Shown here one piece after another: positions 8,063-17,222 of a stretch of DNA of 51,479 nucleotides (positions within the stretch are counted from its first letter, which is position 1; each line of letters begins with the position of its first letter). A program made the translations under genes and the position numbers. This DNA comes from a virus (taxonomy: Duplodnaviria; Caudoviricetes), in IMG/VR virus record IMGVR_UViG_3300012232_000016, positions 1 to 51,479 of that record; one strand, given 5' to 3'. The notes beneath the pieces are model-generated. The model had not been told where the DNA came from and did no database searches. It saw nothing but the letters and a program-made list of their open reading frames with translations.

Positions 8063-8335
8063 ATGGGCCGGACCGCAAGGACTGAACGTATTCTCTACCG
8101 AGTTTTGGTAGAAGAACCCAGGGAACAGCGCCTGGTCGCTTATGATGCACGCATCGAAGAGATCAAAGAGTCTATGAGGCGTCATCATGAGGCGATCAGG
8201 TTTCTGGCAGAGGATCTTAGGGCCGCCTTCGTTGATCGTGCCGCCTTCGTTGATCGTGCCGCCTTCGTTGATCGTGCCGCCTTCGTTACAGAGATAGAGG
8301 AGAGGTATGCTGCCAGTCGAACCGACGCTGCATGA
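8063..8335 (+). CDS. coiled-coil protein with RAAFVD repeats
   Basis: ORF packed between neighbours; internal tandem repeat. Confidence 0.55.
   Translation: MGRTARTERILYRVLVEEPREQRLVAYDARIEEIKESMRRHHEAIRFLAEDLRAAFVDRAAFVDRAAFVDRAAFVTEIEERYAASRTDAA
8222..8287 (+). repeat. 18-bp perfect tandem repeat, about 3.7 copies
   Basis: GCCGCCTTCGTTGATCGT at 8222, 8240, 8258; partial at 8276. Confidence 0.95.
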
Positions 8336-8555
8336 AGGCGCTTTTCGCGTCACCTACGCGAAGGATCAGCCAGACTATATCTCTCTGCCCGCGTCTGTAG
8401 ATGCCCAAGGCACCGTGATGACAGAGTGGGAACTTTGTGCGGAAGACCTCGAACGTGTCCTGCACGGTGGTCGCATTCGTCTTTGGCTTCTGCACACAGG
8501 GGTTGAACGGGGTGCTCTGCTGACACCCATTAAGATGGAGACCGTGGATGCCTGA
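8307..8555 (+). CDS. hypothetical phage protein
   Basis: AGGAGAGG RBS; overlaps both neighbours. Confidence 0.7.
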   Translation: MLPVEPTLHEGAFRVTYAKDQPDYISLPASVDAQGTVMTEWELCAEDLERVLHGGRIRLWLLHTGVERGALLTPIKMETVDA

Positions 8556-8850
8556 GCCCAGGGACAAAGCAGAGTATCTCAGGCTGTTCGAACAGAACAC
8601 TAAGATCAAAGGCTTCGGGCTCAATGTGAGCCAGGAAGTGCCCTGCCCGTTCTGTGCGGCGCCCGGGTTCATGGAATACCGCATCATAGACTGTGAAGAG
8701 ATGATGTCTCAAGAGCATGTCTGCAAGGAGTGTGGTAGAGGTTCGAAGGCGCTTTTTCGCGTCACGCTCAATACGAAGTCATTCGAGTTCGTGCAAACAC
8801 AAGGTCCTGATCAGCCTGCTTGGCTCCTCCCTAGCATGAGGCGCATCTGA
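8548..8850 (+). CDS. zinc-ribbon protein
   Basis: CPFC and CKEC; TGATG coupling to the portal. Confidence 0.7.
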   Translation: MPEPRDKAEYLRLFEQNTKIKGFGLNVSQEVPCPFCAAPGFMEYRIIDCEEMMSQEHVCKECGRGSKALFRVTLNTKSFEFVQTQGPDQPAWLLPSMRRI

Positions 8851-10343
8851 TGCCCGTCAATACAACACGGAAAGACTACGAAGACATTCTGTCCAAGTGG
8901 GGCAGGCTCCGCGATTGCTTCAATGGTCGGGATGCGATCCTCAAGGCGGGGAGCAAGTATGTCCCGGAACTACCGGGCACGGATACAGCGGGCAATAGAG
9001 CCTATCGCGAACGTGGGAACTTCTATAATGCGGTGAGACGCACTGTGCAGGGCATGAACGGTGCCATCTTCCAGGAATCGCCCGAAGTTGAGATGCCCGA
9101 GACCATGAAGCCTCTGCTGGACGACATCACGCTCACGAACGTGCCCTTCGAGACATTCGCGACAGAGTCCGGCGTCGAGATCTTCTTGACTGGTCGTTTC
9201 GGCGTGCTGGTGGACATGCCCATGGCACCGAAGGGCATCACGGCCGCGGATACACCCTATGTAGACATGCGTCCCTATTGTGTGGGCTACAAGGCAGAAG
9301 ACATTATCAACTGGCGCACAGAACGTCGCGGCGGAGATGAAGTCCTCACGATGGTCGTGCTGCGAGAAATGGTTGAAGCCCCTAAGGACGATGACCCTTT
9401 CTGCACAGACAGGATCTGTCAGTATCGCGTCGTGATGCTGAATGAGTCCGGGCAGTGCATCCAGCAGATTTGGCGCGAGAAGTCCGATGATGGTGGTTAC
9501 GCCCAGTATGACGAAGATGTCCTACTGGTTCGGCGTGGTGAGCCTCTGGACTTCGTGCCATTCGTGTTCATGGGCGCGCTCCATCCGTCGCCGGACCTCG
9601 AACAGCCTCCGCTGATTGACCTCGCGGACGTCAACCTGGGCCATTGGCGTAATTCTGTGGACCACGAATACGGTCTGCATCTGGTCGCGCTCCCTACGCC
9701 ATGGGTGGCTGGTGCGAAGGGCACGGGCGATCAGAAGATGAAGATCGGGCCGTCTGTCGTGTGGGAGTTGGACGTGCAGGGTTCGGCGGGGATGCTGGAG
9801 TTCCAAGGCACGGGTCTTGGGGCGCTAGTCACGTCGATGGAGGAGAAGAAGAAACAGATGGCCACCTTGGGCGCCAGGTTGCTCGAGGATGCACCTTCTA
9901 CCGCGGAAACAGCCTCTGCGGTCAAACTTCGTCATGCAGGTGAAACGGCGTCACTCAAGACGGTCGCGCAGAGTCTGGAGCAGGGCTTCGGCCAGGCGCT
10001 TCAGATGTGTGTCTGGTGGCTTGGCACAGATCAGACACCTGCGGAGGCGGAAGTCACGGTGGAATTGAACAAGGAATACCTGGACATCCGGGCCACACCT
10101 CAGGAGATTCAGGTCGCGCTCACAGCCCTTCAGGCAGGTGAGATCAGCTTTGAGACGTGGTATGATCTCCTGCAGAAGGGTGGCTGGGCACGTGAAGGGG
10201 TTGATGCTGAATCGGAGCAGGAGGACATCGCGACGGCCAAGGCGAAACTGCCTAAGGAGCCCGCGATCGACCCGGAACTCAGCCCGAACGAACCTCCGCT
10301 CAAGCCTGGTGATCCGGGCTACAAGGCACCGGTGGCGGCGTGA
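8850..10343 (+). CDS. portal protein (DUF4055-like)
   Basis: 497 aa after terL; FYNAVRRTV, IINWR, PPLIDLADVNLGHW, LGARLL. Confidence 0.88.
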   Translation: MPVNTTRKDYEDILSKWGRLRDCFNGRDAILKAGSKYVPELPGTDTAGNRAYRERGNFYNAVRRTVQGMNGAIFQESPEVEMPETMKPLLDDITLTNVPFETFATESGVEIFLTGRFGVLVDMPMAPKGITAADTPYVDMRPYCVGYKAEDIINWRTERRGGDEVLTMVVLREMVEAPKDDDPFCTDRICQYRVVMLNESGQCIQQIWREKSDDGGYAQYDEDVLLVRRGEPLDFVPFVFMGALHPSPDLEQPPLIDLADVNLGHWRNSVDHEYGLHLVALPTPWVAGAKGTGDQKMKIGPSVVWELDVQGSAGMLEFQGTGLGALVTSMEEKKKQMATLGARLLEDAPSTAETASAVKLRHAGETASLKTVAQSLEQGFGQALQMCVWWLGTDQTPAEAEVTVELNKEYLDIRATPQEIQVALTALQAGEISFETWYDLLQKGGWAREGVDAESEQEDIATAKAKLPKEPAIDPELSPNEPPLKPGDPGYKAPVAA

Positions 10344-10789
10344 GAGAAGAGGTTGTCAAGGCCAAACTGATCCGGCCGCAATACTGGCGTGTCACGTTGG
10401 AGTGCGGGCATCGGCAGGAGGTTCATTCTGTGCGTGAGGGTGGGCCAGCTTACGTGAAGTATTGCCGGACGTGTTTCATGCCCTCTGGGGTTATGCTACG
10501 GAAGGATGGCACCACTACAGGGGAAACCGTGAGAATCTTTGAGTATGTGAGGAATGGTCATCGCTTTGGTCTCACCTTGACAGAAGATGCGGCCAAGGCG
10601 CAGATCGGCACGGATGCTCTGCCTCTATATGAGATCCGCCCGGTGGATCTCTCTGTGGTCTTCCTCATCGCGCATCAGGATGATGAGTGTGAACGTCAGA
10701 TTGATGAGCATGTCGCTTACAGCACACTTGCGGCAGCAGAAGCCGCTCAAGACGTGGGTGATGCCATCGTCGTTGTGGAGCTGAAATGA
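10340..10789 (+). CDS. hypothetical protein with LECGH...CRTC zinc motif
   Basis: GTGA overlap with the portal stop. Confidence 0.6.
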   Translation: MREEVVKAKLIRPQYWRVTLECGHRQEVHSVREGGPAYVKYCRTCFMPSGVMLRKDGTTTGETVRIFEYVRNGHRFGLTLTEDAAKAQIGTDALPLYEIRPVDLSVVFLIAHQDDECERQIDEHVAYSTLAAAEAAQDVGDAIVVVELK

Positions 10790-10929
10790 TCAAGCGAGTC
10801 GGAACGAAGAAATACGTCGTCATGTCTAAGGACGGGAAGAAGAAACTCAGCAAGCCGATGTCACACCCAGCAGCCGTGAAGCGTCTCCAGCAGATCGAAT
10901 ACTACAAACAGAAGGATGGGGGTTACTGA
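10786..10929 (+). CDS. small basic protein
   Basis: MIKRVGTKKYVVMSKDGKKKLSKPMSHPAAVKRLQQIEYYKQKDGGY; coupled at both ends; below the ORF-track cutoff. Confidence 0.7.
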   Translation: MIKRVGTKKYVVMSKDGKKKLSKPMSHPAAVKRLQQIEYYKQKDGGY

Positions 10930-11156
10930 TGCCTGATGTGTTCGTGCTCCATGTCATCATGGATGACAAGCTCCAAGTGAGGATCGAGGGTAACGTCATC
11001 GACCAGAAGCTCATGGCCTATGGTCTGCTTGAAGTCGCGAAGGAAGCCATCAAGAAGCACCACGAAGATCTATCTTCGGGCAAGCGCATCGTGACGGCGC
11101 CTGCGGCGGCATTGGGCAGTCTGCTCGGTGATCCGAGTGCCTTCAAAAAGCCGTGA
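10929..11156 (+). CDS. hypothetical protein
   Basis: TGATG coupling. Confidence 0.65.
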   Translation: MPDVFVLHVIMDDKLQVRIEGNVIDQKLMAYGLLEVAKEAIKKHHEDLSSGKRIVTAPAAALGSLLGDPSAFKKP

Positions 11157-11301
11157 GCCATCTACGCACCTGCCGGAACCCACGCTGTGATGAAGTGCTT
11201 GAGGGTGTGATTGTGCCCCTCTGTCCGTCATGCAGGTTCATCGGGAAGTTGATGTTCGCGCTAGGTGCCCTCCTAGTGGGGGCGCTTGTGAGGTGGCTCA
11301 A

Positions 11302-11898
11302 ATGAAGCGAAGTCGCCGTAGAGCTGTCAAGAATGGGGCTTTGAAGGGTATTCATATGCCCTCCTATCACCAGCAGGATTCAAGGAAGACTGTGGTGATG
11401 GAATGGCGCGTCGGGCTGCAAGGCATGCGCCAACGGAAACGTTATCTCACAGCCAAGGTCAGACACATCTTGGACTCCAAAGATCCGCACGTGATCATCG
11501 CAGGTCAGCGAGCGGTGATGGCCGTTAAAGACGAACCGGATCCGGAGTTTGCCTCCCTGCATCTCTTCGCTTCAGCGGTCGATGCCTGCGCGGATACGGG
11601 TGAGCCGTGGGATGTGTGCATGAACTACTTCATGGACAGATTCGACGCTCAACAGAAGGATGAGGCGCCTACAGATGCCCCGCCAACCAAAAGAGATTCA
11701 AATCGTTCACGCTTCGGCGGATTACTACGAGCCTTTATTCCGCGCTCGCTTCGTGCGGGCGATGAAGAAGCTCCAGGTGGAGACGAGCGTGACCGCCCTG
11801 GCGGCAACGCTGGGGAATGCGAAACAAGCCAGGAACATCATCCCCCGGAAGAAGATCGAAGAGGCTCTGACCCAGTCGGTCAAGAAAGTCCTGCGTGA
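11302..11898 (+). CDS. hypothetical protein overlapping the next gene by about 220 nt
   Basis: GAGGTGG RBS; low-complexity C-terminus in the overlap. Confidence 0.45.
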   Translation: MKRSRRRAVKNGALKGIHMPSYHQQDSRKTVVMEWRVGLQGMRQRKRYLTAKVRHILDSKDPHVIIAGQRAVMAVKDEPDPEFASLHLFASAVDACADTGEPWDVCMNYFMDRFDAQQKDEAPTDAPPTKRDSNRSRFGGLLRAFIPRSLRAGDEEAPGGDERDRPGGNAGECETSQEHHPPEEDRRGSDPVGQESPA

Positions 11899-11959
11899 TG
11901 CCTTCATGCGCGGTGGGAAACTAGGGGCTGAACACGTGAAGGATCTGCTGCGTGGCTAA
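11675..11959 (+). CDS. helical protein, possibly the N-terminal half of a split MuF
   Basis: Amphipathic helices; 8-nt overlap with MuF. Confidence 0.55.
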   Translation: MPRQPKEIQIVHASADYYEPLFRARFVRAMKKLQVETSVTALAATLGNAKQARNIIPRKKIEEALTQSVKKVLRDAFMRGGKLGAEHVKDLLRG

Positions 11960-12527
11960 GAAGAACGTCATCGACTTCCGTTTTGACAGCAAGGCTGAAG
12001 ACGCGGTCAAAGCCGCGGAGCGGATGGCTGGGCAGATGATCACGGAGATCACGGATGAGACAGAGAAGAACATCCGGAATCTAATTGCCACTGCGATCCG
12101 TGAAGGTATCCCCCCGCATGAGGCGGCGCAGACGATTGTGCCGCTGATTGGCTTGACCTCTGCCCAAGGCCAGGCGGTTCTGAAGTATCGCAAGGAACTG
12201 ATTGATGGTGGACTGAGCCCGGACAAAGTCGAGAAGAAGGTTGACGCCTACGCGGGCGACCTCCTCGAGTCACGCGGCGAAAGTATTGCACGCACAGAAA
12301 TCATGGATGCCCTTAATACGGGGCAAGATGAGGCATGGCAGCAGGCGCAGGAAGATGGCCTGCTCTCTGACAATGCCACCAAGGAGGTGATTCTGACCGG
12401 TGATGCCTGTCCGATATGCGTGGACATTGCGGATGAAGGCCCTATCCCTGTAGGAGAGAACTTTAGTGAAGACGGGCCGCCTTTTCATCCTCAATGCAGA
12501 TGCACCGTAGGGATCGCGACACCATGA
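11952..12527 (+). CDS. MuF / SPP1 gp7-like minor head protein
   Basis: IARTE, CPIC, PPFHPQCRC motifs. Confidence 0.88.
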   Translation: MAKKNVIDFRFDSKAEDAVKAAERMAGQMITEITDETEKNIRNLIATAIREGIPPHEAAQTIVPLIGLTSAQGQAVLKYRKELIDGGLSPDKVEKKVDAYAGDLLESRGESIARTEIMDALNTGQDEAWQQAQEDGLLSDNATKEVILTGDACPICVDIADEGPIPVGENFSEDGPPFHPQCRCTVGIATP

Positions 12528-12742
12528 GTGTGGTAGCGATGCCCTTGCGTGGTCGTCCACGGAAAGAGACTGAAGCCCTGACTGAAGTGCTCTCGTTCGC
12601 TTGCACGAAGCAGGAAGCTGATGCCATGCACGTCCAGGCCCGACAAGCCGGTTACAAATCCGTAAGTGCTTACATTCGGAAGCGCACCAAGGAGTTAGGT
12701 CTTTTCGCTAAGATCAAAGACGTGTCTCAGCAACCCGTGTAA
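12524..12742 (+). CDS. small DNA-binding protein (GRPRK plus ribbon-helix-helix-like)
   Basis: RGRPRK then strand-helix-helix ending SVSAYIR. Confidence 0.6.
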   Translation: MSVVAMPLRGRPRKETEALTEVLSFACTKQEADAMHVQARQAGYKSVSAYIRKRTKELGLFAKIKDVSQQPV

Positions 12743-12758
12743 TATAAGGAGCACACAG

Positions 12759-13586
12759 ATGGCCCAGCTTGCGCCCGTGGTAGACAAACTCGAGGACGTG
12801 CCTGAACCCGCACGTCAGTTCTACGTCCCCAAAGAAGGCAAGTTTCATGTCGACTTGAATGGAGCCCCTGCGGGCTTCGTGCCCGCGACTGACCTGGCCC
12901 TTGCCAACGGCAAGGTGGTGGAGTTCCGCGACACCAACATCGCGTTGAAGAAGACCGTCGATGAACTGACGCCGCTCAAAGACAAATACAAGGACATTCC
13001 GGATCCGGTCGCTGCGAAGTTGGCACTGGACAAGGTGGCGGAGTTGGAGAAGAAGGGCATCACCAAGCCGGACGACGTCACAGCGGCCGTGAATGCGGCG
13101 CTGGAACAGTTCAAGACGTCAGTCGTGAAGCCCTTGAACGATCAACTCACGGCGATCACGACCGCGAACACGGAGAACGCCAAACGCGCCGATCAGATGA
13201 CGCTGCGTTCGAAGGTCAGCGATCTCTTCACCAAGGCTGGTGGCGTGCCTGATGCGCTGGACTTCATCGTCGGCAAGACGAACGGCGTGTTCATCGTCGA
13301 GGGCGGTGCCGTCAAGGCGGCACCCAATCAGTTCAGCGCGGACAAGCCTGGCGATCCCCTCACGGTGGAAGAGTGGGTGACGCGCCAGACGAAGGAATCC
13401 CCGTTTGCATTCAAGACGTCGGGTGGCGGCGGTGCTGCCCCCGCGGGTGGAGGCGGCGGTGGCACGCCAAGGGCTGGCGTGACGGTCATCAAAGACCCGT
13501 CACCTCAGGACCTGGGCAAATACGCGGCCGACGTCAAGGCCGGTAAGGTGCGATTCGAGTATTCAGAGAACAAGGTCGGTTCGTAA
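12759..13586 (+). CDS. capsid scaffolding protein
   Basis: LEDVPEPARQFY N-terminus, coiled coil, FAFK..GGG tail; TAAGGAG RBS; precedes MCP. Confidence 0.8.
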   Translation: MAQLAPVVDKLEDVPEPARQFYVPKEGKFHVDLNGAPAGFVPATDLALANGKVVEFRDTNIALKKTVDELTPLKDKYKDIPDPVAAKLALDKVAELEKKGITKPDDVTAAVNAALEQFKTSVVKPLNDQLTAITTANTENAKRADQMTLRSKVSDLFTKAGGVPDALDFIVGKTNGVFIVEGGAVKAAPNQFSADKPGDPLTVEEWVTRQTKESPFAFKTSGGGGAAPAGGGGGGTPRAGVTVIKDPSPQDLGKYAADVKAGKVRFEYSENKVGS

Positions 13587-13588
13587 GA

Positions 13589-13766
13589 CCTGACGCTTAT
13601 GGGTAGCTGGGGCGGTGCCCCCGCTACCCATCTCGGCGAGATAGCGTTAGGATAGCTTCCAGATAGAGGATGTTCGTTCGGTGAATGAACATCTTGGCCC
13701 GCCTCGGTGAGGACGTTGGCCCGGCTTCGGTGAAGTCGCTTGGTGACATCAACACTGTTATCCAAG
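13589..13766 (+). ncRNA. structured leader / candidate cis-regulatory RNA with five C-GGY-G triloop hairpins
   Basis: Hand-paired stems 13601-13629, 13630-13642, 13667-13695, 13702-13712, 13722-13738; outer stem 13589-13597/13643-13651; G-U pairs. Confidence 0.65.
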
Positions 13767-13779
13767 AGGAGACTGCACA

Positions 13780-14916
13780 ATGGCCGGAGCAATGGTAACC
13801 ACCAACATTCTGGGGACGACAGTCTCGATGGGTCTTGCGACCTTGCGAGAATTCCTCGCCCTGGTATTAATCGCCAATCGCAACTACGAAAGCGAGATCA
13901 CCGCCGCGAAGAAGTTCGCGACCGTGAACGTGTCTGTGCCCGCTGCGGTCACGACACGAGACGTGACGCCCGACGTCGTGCCGCCCGCGGTCACGGCTGT
14001 GACGCCGACCAGCATCCCCGTGACGCTGGACAAGTGGCGTGAGGCGCCGTTCGCGATGGACGACAAGGGTCTGTCGCAGGTGGATCGGGGCATCCTGCCC
14101 ATGGAAGTTTCCGAGGCCAGCAAGGCCCTCGCGAACTACATAGAAGACGACATGTGGGCGCGCCTGACGGCATCGCTCTACCTGTTCGCAGGCACGGGCG
14201 GCGTCACGCCCTTCGCCACCGACCTGAGCGCGTATCTGGACGCCCGAAAGTTGGGCAACAAGGCGTTGATGGCGCTGGATCCCAGATACGTCATTCTGGA
14301 CACGGATTCCGAGGCGAATGCTTTGGGACTTCGTGCCTTCCAGGATGCGTCCTTCGGTGGTGGTGATGGCGTCATCATGAACGGGCAGATCGGGCGCAAG
14401 CTCGGCGCGCTCTGGATGATGTCGCAGCGGGTGCCCACGCATACCGCAGGCACGTATACCACAGGCACGACGGTCACTGGCGTCAATGCCATCGGCGCGA
14501 CGGTCATTGCACTGTCCGGTGGTGCAACAGGCACACTGATCGCGGGTGACATCATCGGCATCGGTGCGTTCACCTACAACGTCGTGTCCAGCGTCGGTGG
14601 CGGCACGCCGTCCAGCGTGACCATCACACCCGGGCTGTTCGCAGCCACCGCGGGTGGTGAGGCCATCGTCAAGAAGGGCTCGTTCGTGCAGAACGTGCTC
14701 ATTCAGAGGGACTGCCTGACGTTCGCCATGGCACCACTGATTGACACCGTTCAGGTGCCAGGCGCGTCGTTGCAGGCGGTTGCGATCGACGAGGTTTTTG
14801 GTCTGGCGCTCAGGCTGGAAGTCACGCGGCAGCACAGACAGGTTCAGTGGTCCTTCGACGCTCTGTGGGGCGGGAAGGCCATCCGGGCCAACGCAGGCGT
14901 CTACATCGCCGGATAA
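13780..14916 (+). CDS. major capsid protein (P22 coat-like, with insertion domain)
   Basis: 378 aa after scaffold; ANRNYE, TVNVSVP, WSFDALWG; Gly/Thr-rich beta insertion; GAGGAG RBS. Confidence 0.85.
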   Translation: MAGAMVTTNILGTTVSMGLATLREFLALVLIANRNYESEITAAKKFATVNVSVPAAVTTRDVTPDVVPPAVTAVTPTSIPVTLDKWREAPFAMDDKGLSQVDRGILPMEVSEASKALANYIEDDMWARLTASLYLFAGTGGVTPFATDLSAYLDARKLGNKALMALDPRYVILDTDSEANALGLRAFQDASFGGGDGVIMNGQIGRKLGALWMMSQRVPTHTAGTYTTGTTVTGVNAIGATVIALSGGATGTLIAGDIIGIGAFTYNVVSSVGGGTPSSVTITPGLFAATAGGEAIVKKGSFVQNVLIQRDCLTFAMAPLIDTVQVPGASLQAVAIDEVFGLALRLEVTRQHRQVQWSFDALWGGKAIRANAGVYIAG

Positions 14917-14934
14917 CGTCAACAACGGCTGGGA

Positions 14935-14958
14935 GGGGAGAGCTAAGACAGTCTCCCC
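14935..14958 (+). terminator. hairpin after MCP (weak terminator or mRNA stabiliser)
   Basis: GGGGAGA...TCTCCCC stem; weak U-tract. Confidence 0.4.
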
Positions 14959-14994
14959 CGACATTCCTTTCACCAAAGAAAGCGAGACCGTTAC

Positions 14995-15471
14995 ATGGGA
15001 GATCTTCGCAATTACCCCGAAGGGCGTGGCGCACAAGTCGCCCGCTACATCAAAGACGTCCTGGTCGAGTTCGGTGTGGCCAAGGCGTTCCGCACCCGCT
15101 ACACGCTGGCACAACTGAACGCAGGCCAGACACTACTCCCTGCACTCCCTGGCGTCAAGTGGCGCCTACTGGGCGGGGCGCTCATCGCTGTGGGCGGAAA
15201 CGCGGGTGCAGCGACCTCCGTGAACTTCGTCGGCACGCAGGCAGCGGGGGCGGTGCAACTCTGGATCGTGACCATTGCGGCACTGACCCGAAGCACATTC
15301 GTCAATATCGGCGTGACGCCTGCAGCGGGCACCAGCACGATTCTGGCAGACGGTGCGTCCATGGCGGCAAACGACGTCAATACGGCCGTGCTGTTAGCCA
15401 ACGTGGGCGCTGCGATGACCACGCTGACATCGATCGACGTGTTCGTAGACTACGTGGCAGATCAGGGCTAA
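14995..15471 (+). CDS. virion protein, possible head decoration
   Basis: Ala/Gly/Val beta-rich; follows MCP. Confidence 0.6.
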   Translation: MGDLRNYPEGRGAQVARYIKDVLVEFGVAKAFRTRYTLAQLNAGQTLLPALPGVKWRLLGGALIAVGGNAGAATSVNFVGTQAAGAVQLWIVTIAALTRSTFVNIGVTPAAGTSTILADGASMAANDVNTAVLLANVGAAMTTLTSIDVFVDYVADQG

Positions 15472-15474
15472 GAC

Positions 15475-16002
15475 ATGCCTGTCTCTGCACTGGTCATCAC
15501 GGCGGGGTCTGCATCGGCGAACGCCTACTGCGATTTGGCGTTCGCCGAGCAATATCAACTTGATCGTCCCGCCGTAGGCACGACGTGGTCTGCGGCCACG
15601 TTGGACCAGAAGAATTCGAGCATCTTGTGGGCCACAAAGTTACTGGATGATCTGTGGGACTGGGCAGGCTGGTCCACGGATGCGATCCAGGCGCTGTTGT
15701 GGCCGCGCATGGGCATGGTCAAGAAGAACGGTTGGGAGTATGTGGATCAACACACAATCCCCATTGAACTTCAACAGGCGACCGCTGAATATGCCCGTCA
15801 GCTGTTGGCTGGTGACCTCGCAGGAAACAGCCAGATTGAGACATTGGGTATCACATCACTCAAGGCCGGTTCAGTCGCACTCACATTCAGGGAATCTGTG
15901 ATTGCGAAACCCGTGCCTGATACGGTGTTCTATCTGATTCCTCCGTCATGGGGTTGCCCACGAAGCAGGAACAAGGGCTATCGGGAGGCAATAAGAGCAT
16001 GA
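15475..16002 (+). CDS. head-tail adaptor (DnaT-like family)
   Basis: ANAYCDLAFA and QALLWPR motifs; position. Confidence 0.75.
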   Translation: MPVSALVITAGSASANAYCDLAFAEQYQLDRPAVGTTWSAATLDQKNSSILWATKLLDDLWDWAGWSTDAIQALLWPRMGMVKKNGWEYVDQHTIPIELQQATAEYARQLLAGDLAGNSQIETLGITSLKAGSVALTFRESVIAKPVPDTVFYLIPPSWGCPRSRNKGYREAIRA

Positions 16003-17216
16003 AGAAGTTCCTTCTCAGCTTGCTGGTGTTCTTGTTCTTGACACCAGCAGCATTGGCCCAGCAGAGGTCACTCACGAGTGCCACCTGCCCGGGCACGGGC
16101 TGCACGGTCTATCAGGTGAGCGGACAGGGGTCGATCAGTCTCCAGTTGTCCGGCACGTTCTCTGCCACGGTGCAATTTGAGCAGACGAATAACCCGGATG
16201 TCGGGTGGGTGGCGCTTCAGCTTTCGCCTGTCACGGGAGGCGCGGCAGTTACCTCGAGCACCACGACAGGGATCTGGGCAGGCGGCATCTCCGGCGCCAA
16301 GTTTGTGAGACTTCGGGTCTCTGCCTACACCTCTGGCACAGTGGTCATTGACCCTGGTCTCGCGCAGGCACGCAATGCGGCGCCGACGGGGGGCAATGGC
16401 ACACTCTCCACGTTGGCCTTGGGGGCTGGCGCGCCTACGGCGACCAAGCCTTTCGATGCGACGTTCAGCACGAATACGAACCAACAGTTTCTGTGGTTCA
16501 ACAATAACGCAGGAGCCAGCGCGGGGGCTGAAGGGTGTTTCAAGACAGACACAGTCGTTGGGTGTCTCTCCGCCCAAGGTGTCAGTGCATCTGTTGAACC
16601 ACAGAGAACAACGCTTTATACCAACGTAGGTGTCGGGGGCACGAGTGGTAACCCGGGGTGGGATATTGTCTCGTGCTACTCCGCCACTCCGACGCTCTGT
16701 AACACGCGATTCTTCACCAATACAACGGATGGCATCGCTGGTGAACGAATGCGTATAGACTCGACGGGACTGAAATTCCCGGCGACCCACGGCATCTCAC
16801 AATATCAAGGCATTACGACGGCTGGATCTGGTGTGCCTTTCATCACGTCGAATGGGCGCGGTGTAGGTATTTCCAGTTCACTTGATACGAATCGTTGCAC
16901 GTTCACACCTGCGGCCGATGGCAGTTTCCTCATCACGGATTACATACTGGTGACGGCGGCTGGCGCGGCCACGAATATGAACGGCACTATTACATTCAAG
17001 ACAGAGGAAGGCACATCGCGCTCAGTATTAATCGTATGGCAGATTGCCTCAGGTGGCACATTGACCAACGTTCAGACAGCTGGTGGCACGGTGGGTTACT
17101 ACGGTGTCCCTATCCGCATCCGGGCACAGGCCTCTACAGCGATCACCGTTTCTACAACGGGAACGCCAAGCACGGCGGTTTATAACCATGAGTGTTCAAT
17201 CACGCAGATTTCATAA
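15999..17216 (+). CDS. signal-peptide-bearing beta-rich, fibre-like protein
   Basis: MKKFLLSLLVFLFLTPAALA-Q signal; Thr/Gly/Ser-rich; ERMRIDSTG; ATGA overlap. Confidence 0.7.
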   Translation: MKKFLLSLLVFLFLTPAALAQQRSLTSATCPGTGCTVYQVSGQGSISLQLSGTFSATVQFEQTNNPDVGWVALQLSPVTGGAAVTSSTTTGIWAGGISGAKFVRLRVSAYTSGTVVIDPGLAQARNAAPTGGNGTLSTLALGAGAPTATKPFDATFSTNTNQQFLWFNNNAGASAGAEGCFKTDTVVGCLSAQGVSASVEPQRTTLYTNVGVGGTSGNPGWDIVSCYSATPTLCNTRFFTNTTDGIAGERMRIDSTGLKFPATHGISQYQGITTAGSGVPFITSNGRGVGISSSLDTNRCTFTPAADGSFLITDYILVTAAGAATNMNGTITFKTEEGTSRSVLIVWQIASGGTLTNVQTAGGTVGYYGVPIRIRAQASTAITVSTTGTPSTAVYNHECSITQIS

Positions 17217-17222
17217 GAAGTT

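Noticed and set aside
8222-8287. Possible CRISPR array
   Set aside because: No spacers, in-frame coding, no cas genes.
13589-13766. tRNA or plain terminator
   Set aside because: No cloverleaf, T-loop or CCA, and no U-tract after the hairpins.
13867-15114. 415-aa - strand ORF, and similar long antisense ORFs such as 40369-41529 and 20841-21632
   Set aside because: Shadows of GC-rich, codon-biased genes on the opposite strand; no motifs or RBS.
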